Source: Oceanispirochaeta sp.
GTDB lineage: Bacteria > Spirochaetota > Spirochaetia > DSM-2461
Reading direction: 5' to 3'
NCBI GenBank assembly: GCA_963666275.2
Contig: CAXXOA010000001.1
Coordinates: 1,216,001 to 1,280,000, forward strand
DNA: 64,000 nucleotides
Shown here: positions 9,911-19,511 of the stretch, in pieces
Layout of the letters: each line of letters begins with the position of its first letter
Numbering within the stretch: position 1 is the first letter of the stretch
The notes under the pieces: generated by a model
What the model saw: the letters and a program-made list of their open reading frames with translations, nothing else
The model's database searches: none
Told to the model about the DNA's origin: nothing
Position numbers and translations under genes: made by a program

Positions 9911-10732
9911 ATGAATTTGAATGAAGGGCAACTTTCAGAACTGGATCAATTCTTTGATCTGATACTGCATGGACAGTCCAGACATAAGGGCAAAGAAGCG
10001 CCCGACAGAGCCTGTAAAAGGAATCAAATACTTGATTATATTGAAATTATAGACGCTCATATACGGAAACTCTCCCGGAAAAGAACTCTCACTTTTATTG
10101 ATTTTGCCGCAGGAAATTGCTATCTCAGTTTTTTGACAGCCTGGTACTATAATAATGTTGATAAACGGCCTGTGGAAATTTTCTGTATTGATAGGGATGA
10201 ACGGCTTCTGGATAACTGTAGCAGAAAAGCCGTCCGGATGGGTTTCAATAATATGGAATTTCATGGCTGCGATATCCTTGATTTTTCCTATACAGGAAAA
10301 GTGGATATCAGTTTTTCACTCCACGCCTGCGATACGGCAACAGATAAAGCGATCTATCAGGGATTGAGGCTTGCTTCTCCCTGTATCTTATCGGTTTCCT
10401 GCTGCCAGCATTCTCTTAAAAAACAGTTTAAAACCCGGGAAGAAGCTGGATGGTCCGGCTTCCGTGCTATGAAAGACCGTCTGCTCTATATGACAGCGGA
10501 TACAATGAGAGGGAGGCTCCTGGAAATGGAACAATACAATGTGGATCTGTTTGATTTCACATCCAGCCGGAATACGGATAAGAACCTCATGATCAGGGCC
10601 CGGCGGGAAGGATCATCAGGAAACAGTGATACAGCCCGGTTACGGTATGATGCTTTAAAGAAGGAGTTTTCAATAGAACCGGAACTGGCTTGTTTAATGA
10701 AAAGTAAAACATCTCTGCTAAAGGCTTGCTAG
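9911..10732 (+). CDS. SAM-dependent methyltransferase (Methyltransf_32-like)
   Basis: IDFAAGNCYLSF, SLHACDTATD, VSCCQH and TDKNLMIRA motifs. GGAGG RBS before ATG 9911. Confidence 0.85.
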   Translation: MNLNEGQLSELDQFFDLILHGQSRHKGKEAPDRACKRNQILDYIEIIDAHIRKLSRKRTLTFIDFAAGNCYLSFLTAWYYNNVDKRPVEIFCIDRDERLLDNCSRKAVRMGFNNMEFHGCDILDFSYTGKVDISFSLHACDTATDKAIYQGLRLASPCILSVSCCQHSLKKQFKTREEAGWSGFRAMKDRLLYMTADTMRGRLLEMEQYNVDLFDFTSSRNTDKNLMIRARREGSSGNSDTARLRYDALKKEFSIEPELACLMKSKTSLLKAC

Positions 10733-10829
10733 ATATGATGGTAATGCCGGAATAAAATAAAAACAGGAGATATTCGTTGTGAAAAAAATACTATCAGATT
10801 AAATGATTTTTCTGTATTAAAGAAAAATA

Positions 10830-10877
10830 TTGACAGATCTCGTTTCACTAATTATCATAATTATCGAAACGTTTCGA
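10830..10877 (+). promoter_or_regulatory. sigma70 promoter with LacI-type operator O1
   Basis: TTGACA (10830)-N17-TATCAT (10853), then the perfect palindrome TCGAAACGTTTCGA at 10864-10877. Confidence 0.8.
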
Positions 10878-10898
10878 ATTTTTTTATCCGGAGTTGTA

Positions 10899-11906
10899 AT
10901 GGTTACTATCAAAGACATCGCTAAACGAGCTCAGGTTTCGATCTCAACTGTATCCCTGGCATTGAATGGCGATCCAAGAGTGAAGGAGTCAACCCAGAAA
11001 AGAATTCTCAGTATTGCAGAAGAGATGCACTATCATCCGAATCATGCTGCAAAAAGTCTTCCCAGCGGAAGAACCTGGTCCATAAGCGTTATCAACCCGA
11101 CTAACAGCCCTGCTTTATCAAGCGGTTTTTACAGTCAGTTTCTCCATGGGGTACATACTGTAGCCAAAGACAGGCATTATTCTGTCTCATTATCTTTGAT
11201 CGATGATGATCATGAATCATTGGTACGTATGATGGATGAGCACAGAACAGATGGTTTAATCATTATGAACCCTTCTTTCAGTATCTCTATTTTAGATCAG
11301 ATCCGCAGCAGAAATATCCCCTATGTCCTTCTTGGAAGCGTCTCTAATGAAACGCATCTCAGTGTCGATTCGGATAATTTTTCTATCGGTTATGATGCTG
11401 CTACAGTTCTTTTAAAGGAAAAGCGATCGAGAATCCTGTTTCTCAGTGGTCCCAGCAATCTTATTTTTTCACAGGATAGACTACAGGGGTATAAAAAAGC
11501 CCATGAAGAGTTCCAATGCCCTGTAGATAGCAGACTTTTCCAGTTCTGTGATGGATTTTCAAAATCTGCATTAACACTGGTCAGTGATATTTTGGAGAAA
11601 AGAGATATGGCATTTGATGGCATCATTGCTATGAGCGATGCTCTGGCAATTGGGGCAATGGCTGCTATCCGACGGAAGGGAATACGGATCCCGGATGAAA
11701 TGGGAATTATAGGCATCAACAACGATGATATTTCAGAATTTACAGAACCCCCTTTATCATCAGTGGATCTGAATGCCTATAAGCTGGGAGAAAATGCGGC
11801 ATCTATGCTTTTAAAATGTGTTGAAAGTTTAAAGAACGGAGAAGACATAGGCAAAGAAAGAATTGTGGTTCCTCATACTGTCATTTTCAGGGGTACAACA
11901 TTCTGA
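10899..11906 (+). CDS. LacI-family transcriptional regulator
   Basis: MVTIKDIAKRAQVSISTVSLALN HTH, YHPNHAAKSL hinge and a periplasmic-binding-fold C-terminus. Start ATG 10899. Confidence 0.95.
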   Translation: MVTIKDIAKRAQVSISTVSLALNGDPRVKESTQKRILSIAEEMHYHPNHAAKSLPSGRTWSISVINPTNSPALSSGFYSQFLHGVHTVAKDRHYSVSLSLIDDDHESLVRMMDEHRTDGLIIMNPSFSISILDQIRSRNIPYVLLGSVSNETHLSVDSDNFSIGYDAATVLLKEKRSRILFLSGPSNLIFSQDRLQGYKKAHEEFQCPVDSRLFQFCDGFSKSALTLVSDILEKRDMAFDGIIAMSDALAIGAMAAIRRKGIRIPDEMGIIGINNDDISEFTEPPLSSVDLNAYKLGENAASMLLKCVESLKNGEDIGKERIVVPHTVIFRGTTF

Positions 11907-11937
11907 TTTCTTGAACTTTAAAAAATTTGGATAAAAA

Positions 11938-11951
11938 TTAAAACGTTTCGA
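11938..11951. promoter_or_regulatory. LacI-type operator O2 upstream of the ABC operon
   Basis: TTAAAACGTTTCGA, a near copy of O1 sharing the AAACGTTT core. Confidence 0.7.
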
Positions 11952-12117
11952 TTTAGGTGTTTATTATTTACTGCGCGGTGAATATAGGAAAATGATCAAA
12001 AGATGGAGGGTAGAGGAATACGGTTTTAATGGAAATCTATTATTGAGCAGATTTGAGTTTGCTTATCTCAAAAGAGAATAGACTCGGATCTGAATTAATC
12101 TTAAAAGGAGTAATTAG

Positions 12118-13386
12118 ATGAATAGTGTGAAAAAATTTATATCTTTATTTTTCGTATTATGCTGCATTACCGGATTTGCTTCAGCTTCAGGAGCTCAGGA
12201 GCAATCTGAAAATGGTGTTGTAGAATTGACATTCAGGCAAAATGATCCAGTGGGTGAAGTCGGTGGATTATTGGAGGCCATTGATTCATTCAATGAAATG
12301 CATCCCGAAATACACGTTACCTATGAGCAGGTTCCCTGGGACGATGCTTTAAATCAATTTATCAGGGAAGGACACGCCGGGGGCGGTGCGGATGTTATTC
12401 AGACAGCTTTTGTATGGACGAAAGATCTTGCAGATGCCGGCCTGGTAATGAATCTTGACAATTTTATCAGTGCAAATCCTCCCGGTATCGGGATTGAAGA
12501 TTTTATCGGTACAGATTTAGGCATTATTAAGGAATCCGTCTATGGAATCCCCTGGTCTGTGGATACTTATAGTATGGCCTATAATCCTGAACTTTTTCAG
12601 CAAGCGGGAATTCAGGAATTTCCCGCAACCTGGGAGGAAATGTACGAAGTCGCCAGAGATATAAGTGAAAAAACTGGATCCTTCGGTTTAGCTTTCCCGG
12701 GAGATACATGGTTCGCATTCAATTACTATTTGTGGAGTAATGGTTCTACTCTCCTGCAGCAGGACTCTTCAGGAAACTGGAGTGTTTCGGTATCAGAATC
12801 GGAACTGTCCGAGGCTATAGACTATTTTGCTGAATTTTTTGCTGAGAATATAAATCCAAAAACCCTGATCGGGGCAACAACATGGGGTGATATCGAAATT
12901 CTGGATGGATTGTCAAAAGGAGAGATTGCCATGGCATTCCTTCCTCCCGCACCTTTCAGAGTCGCCCAGGATAAGTCAGAATTCATTCTGCAGACAGCAA
13001 TGATACCTTCCGGTTCAGTGCGGCGTGTTTCCCATCTGGGCGGAAGGGCTATTGTAATGAATAAGAATACGGATCACCCGGATGAAGCATGGGAGTTGAT
13101 AAAGTTTCTTGTCAGCGAAAAAGTATTCAATGATTTCAAATACCCGCAGTTTCCAGCTCAGGTCAGTATGCTGGATAAGCTCGAATACAATACAGGGGAA
13201 GATGGTTATGCGAAACAATTGCCCTTCGCCATAACCCTCAAACAGTATATCGAATCACCTGCTCCTGTCAGTGGAATGGAACATGCTGTAAACAGTGCAT
13301 TGACTTCCGTCTACAGCGGTGAGAAAGACTCTTCGGAAGCTGCATCCAATATGGTCAGATCTCTGGAAGAGTTGCTGGAAAATTAA
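12118..13386 (+). CDS. Sugar ABC transporter substrate-binding protein
   Basis: Signal peptide plus ASGAQE, FNEMHPEIHV, YGIPW, YNPELFQQAG and HPDEAWELIKFL (CUT1/SBP_bac_1 style). Confidence 0.92.
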   Translation: MNSVKKFISLFFVLCCITGFASASGAQEQSENGVVELTFRQNDPVGEVGGLLEAIDSFNEMHPEIHVTYEQVPWDDALNQFIREGHAGGGADVIQTAFVWTKDLADAGLVMNLDNFISANPPGIGIEDFIGTDLGIIKESVYGIPWSVDTYSMAYNPELFQQAGIQEFPATWEEMYEVARDISEKTGSFGLAFPGDTWFAFNYYLWSNGSTLLQQDSSGNWSVSVSESELSEAIDYFAEFFAENINPKTLIGATTWGDIEILDGLSKGEIAMAFLPPAPFRVAQDKSEFILQTAMIPSGSVRRVSHLGGRAIVMNKNTDHPDEAWELIKFLVSEKVFNDFKYPQFPAQVSMLDKLEYNTGEDGYAKQLPFAITLKQYIESPAPVSGMEHAVNSALTSVYSGEKDSSEAASNMVRSLEELLEN

Positions 13387-13394
13387 GTCATTTC

Positions 13395-13436
13395 AGGATT
13401 TTGTCTCTGTACTAATCAACGCAGAGACAAAATCCT
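13395..13436. other. Intercistronic stem-loop after the substrate-binding protein gene
   Basis: Perfect 15-bp stem AGGATTTTGTCTCTG / CAGAGACAAAATCCT. Confidence 0.75.
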
Positions 13437-13456
13437 CCGTAATTTCAATTTGAGGA

Positions 13457-14353
13457 TTGTTTGTGAAACAAAAACATTTATTTCTTTTATTGCCGGGATT
13501 TACAATTCTTATTTTCTTTTTTCTCATTCCTTCGATATACAATATCTGGATCAGTTTTTTTGACCTTGATTTATTTAAATTTTCAAGTAAAGGGAATTTT
13601 GTCGGAATAGAGAATTTTAAAAAGATGGTGGAAAATCCGGATATTTTTAAAGTTTTATTCAATACATTTTTCTGGCTGACTTTTGTAACAGTCGCTTTAC
13701 GAATAGTGCTGGGCCTTGTTATTGCTCTGCTCATCAATTCTGATTCTCTGAAACGCCTGAAACTGGCCACTATCGTGCGTTGCTGTTTACTTCTGCCCTG
13801 GGTTACTCCCCCGATTGTTGCCGTTGCAACCTGGAAATGGATTCTCCATCCCCGTTTCGGTTCAATAACGCATCTATTATTGAAAATTGGGATTATTGAT
13901 GAGGGAATTCCCTTTTTTGTACAGACCTCGGTTGTATGGCTGGGCATAATTCTAATTATTATATGGCAGGAAATACCATTCGTCACAATTTCTATTCTTT
14001 CCGGTCTGCAGAGTATACCGCTGGAACTTTATGAATCGTCCAGAGTTGAAGGGGCGAATACGTTTCAGTCTTTCTGGCACATAACTCTGCCTCTTCTGAA
14101 ACCAGTTCTTTCTGTTGTGGGTTTATTGATCACAATATGGACATTCAACAATTTTATTTTTGTCTGGACATCCACACGGGGAGGGCCCGGATCATTTACC
14201 CAGGTGTTGGCAACAGAACTCTATACTCAGGCATTTATCAATTACAAGCTGAGTTACGGAGCTGCTATTGGCGTTTTCATGACAATGATAATGGTCGTCT
14301 TTTGCTTGGTATACTTTAAATCAATCTTGAATAAATCCATAGACGGAGAGTAA
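13457..14353 (+). CDS. Sugar ABC transporter permease 1
   Basis: FVGIENF, LLLPWVTP and EAA-like loop LYESSRVEGANTFQSFWHITLPLL. Confidence 0.93.
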   Translation: MFVKQKHLFLLLPGFTILIFFFLIPSIYNIWISFFDLDLFKFSSKGNFVGIENFKKMVENPDIFKVLFNTFFWLTFVTVALRIVLGLVIALLINSDSLKRLKLATIVRCCLLLPWVTPPIVAVATWKWILHPRFGSITHLLLKIGIIDEGIPFFVQTSVVWLGIILIIIWQEIPFVTISILSGLQSIPLELYESSRVEGANTFQSFWHITLPLLKPVLSVVGLLITIWTFNNFIFVWTSTRGGPGSFTQVLATELYTQAFINYKLSYGAAIGVFMTMIMVVFCLVYFKSILNKSIDGE

Positions 14354-14356
14354 AAG

Positions 14357-15211
14357 ATGGTAAGTTTAAGAAACAGAAAATTCAATTACTTGATTGTGGA
14401 TAGTATTATTCTCATCCTCGCAATTTGTGTTATTTTTTATCTTGTTTTTCCTTTCCTGTCTATTATTTTGACAGCCATAAGGCCGGAAGAAGATATATTT
14501 GCTAAAGAGTTCTCTCTCTTCTCTGACTCTTATTCTCTTGATAACTTCAGGAAAATCTTTTCAGGAAAGACGAACTTCACCCAATATATTCTCAATAGTA
14601 TTGTTGTCTCATTAATCGCAACGGTTATTAGTGTCTTTATATCCATGATGACTGCCTACGGATTAACAAGATTCAGATACAAAGGCAGAAGAATCATGAT
14701 AACAGGAGTCGCTTTTACCCAGCTTTTTCCATTTGTTGTTCTTATACTGCCCCTGTATCTTGTCTACTGGAAGATTGGATTTGTTAACAGTTTTTTCGGA
14801 CTCATTATAAGCTATATCGCCATAAGTCTTCCTTACAGTATCTTTCTTTTAATGGGGTATATCTCATCCATTCCCATTTCAATTGATGAAGCTGCCATCA
14901 TTGATGGGTGTAACAGGATGCAGACAATATTTAAAATCATATTCCCTGTAGCTCTGCCCGGAATCGCTGCTACCGCTGTCTTTTCCTTTCTGCGCTCCTG
15001 GAATGAATACCTCTTTGCCTTGACGCTGATGACTGATGATATGAAAAAAACTGTTCCTGTAGGTCTGGCAGGATTTTTCGGTGAATACACTGCTGACTGG
15101 GGAGCTATTATGGCCGCTTCTGTTGTTGCGACAATTCCGACAGTTATCTTCTTTTTTATTATGCAGAAACAGATTATTTCCGGATTATCCGCAGGTGCTG
15201 TCAAGCAATGA
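14357..15211 (+). CDS. Sugar ABC transporter permease 2
   Basis: SIDEAAIIDGC, WNEYLFA and C-terminal GLSAGAVK. Confidence 0.93.
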   Translation: MVSLRNRKFNYLIVDSIILILAICVIFYLVFPFLSIILTAIRPEEDIFAKEFSLFSDSYSLDNFRKIFSGKTNFTQYILNSIVVSLIATVISVFISMMTAYGLTRFRYKGRRIMITGVAFTQLFPFVVLILPLYLVYWKIGFVNSFFGLIISYIAISLPYSIFLLMGYISSIPISIDEAAIIDGCNRMQTIFKIIFPVALPGIAATAVFSFLRSWNEYLFALTLMTDDMKKTVPVGLAGFFGEYTADWGAIMAASVVATIPTVIFFFIMQKQIISGLSAGAVKQ

Positions 15212-15239
15212 AAAATCAAATAATTGAAAAGGACTGAAA

Positions 15240-16577
15240 ATGGGAAAACCAAATTATATAGTGATTCTAACAGATGATCAGGGGTATGGAGATCTGTCCT
15301 GTATGGGCAGCCCGGATGTTGTCACTCCGTATTTTGATTCTCTTGCTGAGGATGGTGTCAGGTTTACTGACTGGTATGCCAATGCTCCAGTCTGTTCTCC
15401 TACAAGAGCATCGCTGCTTACAGGCCGGTATCCCGGCAATTGCGGTGTCCGTTCTATTGTCAGCGGACACAGGCATGCTACAGGGCTTAATCAGAAAGTT
15501 CCCACAATTGCTAAGGCTTTAAAAGAACTGGACTATAACACGGGCATTGTCGGGAAATGGCACCTGGGGGTGGATGAAACTTCCAGACCCAGTGAGCACG
15601 GTTTTGATTATTCCTTTACCTTTTTATCCGGCTGTATCGACTATTACTCCCATATCTTTTACTGGGGACAGAATCTCGGCGTCAATCCCAGGCATGATCT
15701 ATTCGAAAACAATAATGATGTCAATTATAATGGCGAATATGCAACTGATCTCATTACCAGGAAAGCTGTAAGTTACATACGGGAGAATGCCCGCAAAAGA
15801 GAGCCGTTCTTTCTGTATCTTGGCTATAATGCCCCTCATTATCCCATGCATGCACCGCAGGAATACATAGACAGGTTTTCTCATCTGCCACCGGACCGCA
15901 GAATCATGGCTGCCATGATCAGTGCTGTTGATGACGGCATTGGTGAAATCCGATCAGAACTGGAAAGGCAGGGAATAACAGAAGATACATGTATCTTTTT
16001 CCAGAGTGATAATGGGCCTTCAAGAGAGAGCCGAAACTGGCTGGACGGGAATGAAGACTTGTATTACGGGGGATCTACAGGACAATTGAAGGGGCATAAA
16101 TTCAGTTTATTTGAAGGAGGTATACGGGTTCCTTCAATCCTCTGCTGGCCCGGGAAAATTCAGGGAAATCAGGTCAATCATGAAGTTGGTTCCTCCATGG
16201 ATATTTTTCCCAGCTTTCTCGAAGCTGCAGGGGGAGATATCAGTCTGTATGAACTGGATGGAAAAAATATATTCCCCATGGTTATGAACGGGGAAGATTC
16301 TCCTCATGATAGGATTTTCTGGGAGATGCTGAATCAAACTGCTGTAAGACATGGGAAGTGGAAACTGGTTTTAAATGGACAGCTTGTTGAGGATGAACCT
16401 GCTGTTGATGACATTTTTTTATCAGATCTGGAAAATGATATAGGAGAAAAGCAGAATCTTAAAGACCAGTATCCCCATATAGCGGAAGAGCTGAAAGAGG
16501 CTGCAGAACTCTGGCGTTCGAATATTGAAAAACGATGGAAGGAAGAATGGATTCCTCTGGGAAGCTGTTTAACATAA
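15240..16577 (+). CDS. Formylglycine-dependent (S1) sulfatase
   Basis: ILTDDQGYGD, CSPTRASLLTGRYP (CxPxR), GKWHLG, NAPHYP, QSDNG, GHKFSLFEGGIRVP. No signal peptide. Confidence 0.95.
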   Translation: MGKPNYIVILTDDQGYGDLSCMGSPDVVTPYFDSLAEDGVRFTDWYANAPVCSPTRASLLTGRYPGNCGVRSIVSGHRHATGLNQKVPTIAKALKELDYNTGIVGKWHLGVDETSRPSEHGFDYSFTFLSGCIDYYSHIFYWGQNLGVNPRHDLFENNNDVNYNGEYATDLITRKAVSYIRENARKREPFFLYLGYNAPHYPMHAPQEYIDRFSHLPPDRRIMAAMISAVDDGIGEIRSELERQGITEDTCIFFQSDNGPSRESRNWLDGNEDLYYGGSTGQLKGHKFSLFEGGIRVPSILCWPGKIQGNQVNHEVGSSMDIFPSFLEAAGGDISLYELDGKNIFPMVMNGEDSPHDRIFWEMLNQTAVRHGKWKLVLNGQLVEDEPAVDDIFLSDLENDIGEKQNLKDQYPHIAEELKEAAELWRSNIEKRWKEEWIPLGSCLT

Positions 16578-16611
16578 TCCATATCTGTTCCACGGAATTT
16601 CAGGAAAACAT

Positions 16612-18717
16612 ATGCATAATAAGAAAGTAGAAAAGGTCCATCTGGTTTTTAAGAATCACCTGGATCTCGGCTTTACTGATACGGCTGAAAGGGTGAAACA
16701 GAAATATTTCACAGAGTTTATTCCCCAGGCTATTACAGAGAGCAGAAAATTAAGAAACACAGGGACTCCCTATCTATGGATAACTGGAGCATGGATTTTA
16801 TCAGAGTTTCTGGAAAATGGACCCCGGGAGTGGATAGACGACTGTATTGATTCCATCAGGAATGATGAACTCGGATGGCATGCTTTGCCTTTTACTTTTC
16901 ATTCTGAAGCCGCTGGTGTTGAAATTTTCAAAACAGGCATGGAGTTCAGTAGAGCAATGGATGCCCGTTTCGGAACTGAAACCACTTCCGGAAAACTTAC
17001 GGATGTTCCCGGACATACAATAGGTATCATTCCTCTACTGAGATCCTCTGGAGTCAAATTTCTCCATATAGGGATAAATGATGTCAGTCACCCTGTTGAT
17101 TTACCTTCGCTTTTCAGATGGAGGCATCACGATGGTAATGAGATTGTGGTCAATTATGAGCAGGGATATGGGAACATCACAGCTTCCCCAGATGAAAAAG
17201 AAATTCTTATCTTTTCCCATAAACATGACAATCTAGGACCGCCATCGGCGGAAGAGGTTTTAAAGGAATATGAAAGAGTTGGAAGATTGTATCCCCATGC
17301 CGCCATACAGGCTGCAAAGCTAAATTCTTTTGGCAATGCAGTCTGGGAACAGAGAGAAGAGCTACCTCTTATCACTGATGAAATGGGAGATACATGGATA
17401 CACGGTATAGGGTCAGATCCTTTGAAAATGGCACATTACAGGCAGTTCATCAGACAGATTCAAACTTGGGAGGATTTCTATAGCGATCCGGTGAAAAGGG
17501 ATGAAATTGAAAAAGCCAAAAGGATTCTCTGTCAAATTCCCGAACACACATGGGGAATGGATCAGAAAACCTATTTACCTGATTATTCAAATTTTGAAAA
17601 ATCCCTGTTTTCCCTGGCCAGGAAAGCTGATTTTATAAGCCTGGAAGAGATCCTGAAGGGAATTGATCTGTTTGTAAAACCAAAATTAACCAGAGATTTG
17701 CCCGGATTGAAAGAGGAGCTTTTTTCGTATTCCCGGTTTGAAAAATCCTGGTTGGAACAGAGAAAATATCTGTCTGAAGCAAAACGTGTTATCAATGATA
17801 GGGATTTAAGTCAGCAATTGAATGATTCTCTGTCGGAGATTGAACCAGACTGGCCGTCAACTTCCGGATGGGAAAAGTTTCATCCCGATTCCGTTCTGAA
17901 TATAGGTCACTGGGAATTTGAACTGGATATCGGGACTGGTTCTGTTTGTAATCTGAGGTATGAAGATACAATGATTTCAAACTCCGATTTCCTCCGTTAT
18001 GAATATCGAATCCACTCATTCAGGGAATACCAGAATTACTGGAATTCATATGTTCAGTCATCCGAAGAAAATGACTGGTGGGGTTATCAGGATTTTATGA
18101 AATGTGGACTGGAAGGGGTGAAGGGACATGAAAGTCAGTGTTATGTACCTGTAAAGCCGACGTTCTATCGTAGGCAGGGAATGGAAAAAGAAGAGATTCT
18201 TGTGGAATTAACAATGCCGGAGCAGTCACGTCACCGTTATGGTGCACCGGAAAATGTCCTGTTCCAATATGAGTTTTTCATTAAAACTGGAATTTTAAAA
18301 ATCCATTTTTACTGGAAGGACAAGGATGCTGTTCGAATCCCTGAATCATCGTGGCTGAGATTCTTCATACATACAAAGGATCAGAAGTCCTGGAAAATTG
18401 AAAAATTGGGAACGGAGATCTCTCCTTTTTCTGTTCATAAGTTCGGGAACCGTTCTTTACACTGCAGCAATTATATAAAGTATTCTCCGCCAGAAAGGGG
18501 GAATTCAAATAAAACTGAAGAACATCAGATAGTTTTGAGTTTACTCGATAGTCCTCTTGTTTCTCCCGGAGAGCCTAGAATCCTGTCTTTTGATCAGGAT
18601 CAGCCTGATCTCGATAAAGGATTTTCTGTCAATCTCCATAACAATCTTTGGAACACAAACTTTCCCATGTGGTATGAGGATGATTTAATTTCCCGGTTTG
18701 TACTGGAAGTCACTTAA
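16612..18717 (+). CDS. DUF5054 / GH38-N-like putative glycoside hydrolase
   Basis: VHLVFKNHLDLGFT (HxD metal motif), WHALPFT, TDVPGHT, GDTWIHG, EHTWGMD, NLHNNLWNTNFPMW. Confidence 0.75.
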   Translation: MHNKKVEKVHLVFKNHLDLGFTDTAERVKQKYFTEFIPQAITESRKLRNTGTPYLWITGAWILSEFLENGPREWIDDCIDSIRNDELGWHALPFTFHSEAAGVEIFKTGMEFSRAMDARFGTETTSGKLTDVPGHTIGIIPLLRSSGVKFLHIGINDVSHPVDLPSLFRWRHHDGNEIVVNYEQGYGNITASPDEKEILIFSHKHDNLGPPSAEEVLKEYERVGRLYPHAAIQAAKLNSFGNAVWEQREELPLITDEMGDTWIHGIGSDPLKMAHYRQFIRQIQTWEDFYSDPVKRDEIEKAKRILCQIPEHTWGMDQKTYLPDYSNFEKSLFSLARKADFISLEEILKGIDLFVKPKLTRDLPGLKEELFSYSRFEKSWLEQRKYLSEAKRVINDRDLSQQLNDSLSEIEPDWPSTSGWEKFHPDSVLNIGHWEFELDIGTGSVCNLRYEDTMISNSDFLRYEYRIHSFREYQNYWNSYVQSSEENDWWGYQDFMKCGLEGVKGHESQCYVPVKPTFYRRQGMEKEEILVELTMPEQSRHRYGAPENVLFQYEFFIKTGILKIHFYWKDKDAVRIPESSWLRFFIHTKDQKSWKIEKLGTEISPFSVHKFGNRSLHCSNYIKYSPPERGNSNKTEEHQIVLSLLDSPLVSPGEPRILSFDQDQPDLDKGFSVNLHNNLWNTNFPMWYEDDLISRFVLEVT

Positions 18718-18733
18718 TAAAGATAAGAAATCA

Positions 18734-18766
18734 GCTGTCCGGTTATTTTGCAAAGAACCGGACAGC
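18734..18766. terminator. Hairpin between the convergent DUF5054 gene and trpA
   Basis: Stem GCTGTCCGGTT...AACCGGACAGC. Confidence 0.6.
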
Positions 18767-18770
18767 CAAT

Positions 18771-19511
18771 TCAACCCAGCAAATACTCAATAACCGCCTT
18801 CACAGCCTTCCTCACGGAAGCTCCTTCCTGATACGCTTTTGTCGCCGCCCGGACAAAGACTGATCCCGCCACCACCGCATCGCAGTGCTTTTCCAGAAGT
18901 TTCACCTGATCCGGTTCGGAGATGCCGAATCCCGCCATGACTTTGCTTGCCGATGGTTTTATCTTCTCCAGCAGTTCCAGGCTCTTGTCTTCTATGGTGG
19001 TATACTGCCCGGTAATACCACTCCTAAGGGCTGTGTAGACCCAGGGCTCTTCCAGATCCATCAGTTCTTTCAGACGCTCTTCAGGGACAGAGGGGGTGAT
19101 AACAGGAACAATCGGGATTCCGACTTTTTTCCCTGTTTCATAGAGTCCCTCATCCCGGCCGAAAACCATATCGGGAATAATCAGTCCAGCGGCGCCGGCC
19201 TCTTTCGCCTGTTTCACAAACTCTTCCATACCCCGGGAAAAAAGGATATTCCCGTAGCTCATCAGAAAAACAGGTTTCCCGGTCTCTTTAATGATCCTTT
19301 CCATAAGGGGAAAGGCCTGGTCCACCTTGAACCCTCCCGACAGGGCCTGTCGGCAGGCGTTTTCAATCACAGGGCCGTCCGCACTGGGGTCGGAAAAGGG
19401 AATCTGCATCTCCAGATAGGCTGCGCCTCCCTCAGCCAGCCCGCAGGCGGTCTCGAAAGACTCCTCCAGTGTGGGGTATCCTGCAATAAAATGCGAAACA
19501 ATATCAGCCAT
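18771..19511 (-). CDS. trpA: Tryptophan synthase alpha chain
   Basis: EMQIPFSDPSADGPVI, MSYGN, GLIIPD, SGITG, GFGIS. Confidence 0.96.
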   Translation of the reverse strand: MADIVSHFIAGYPTLEESFETACGLAEGGAAYLEMQIPFSDPSADGPVIENACRQALSGGFKVDQAFPLMERIIKETGKPVFLMSYGNILFSRGMEEFVKQAKEAGAAGLIIPDMVFGRDEGLYETGKKVGIPIVPVITPSVPEERLKELMDLEEPWVYTALRSGITGQYTTIEDKSLELLEKIKPSASKVMAGFGISEPDQVKLLEKHCDAVVAGSVFVRAATKAYQEGASVRKAVKAVIEYLLG

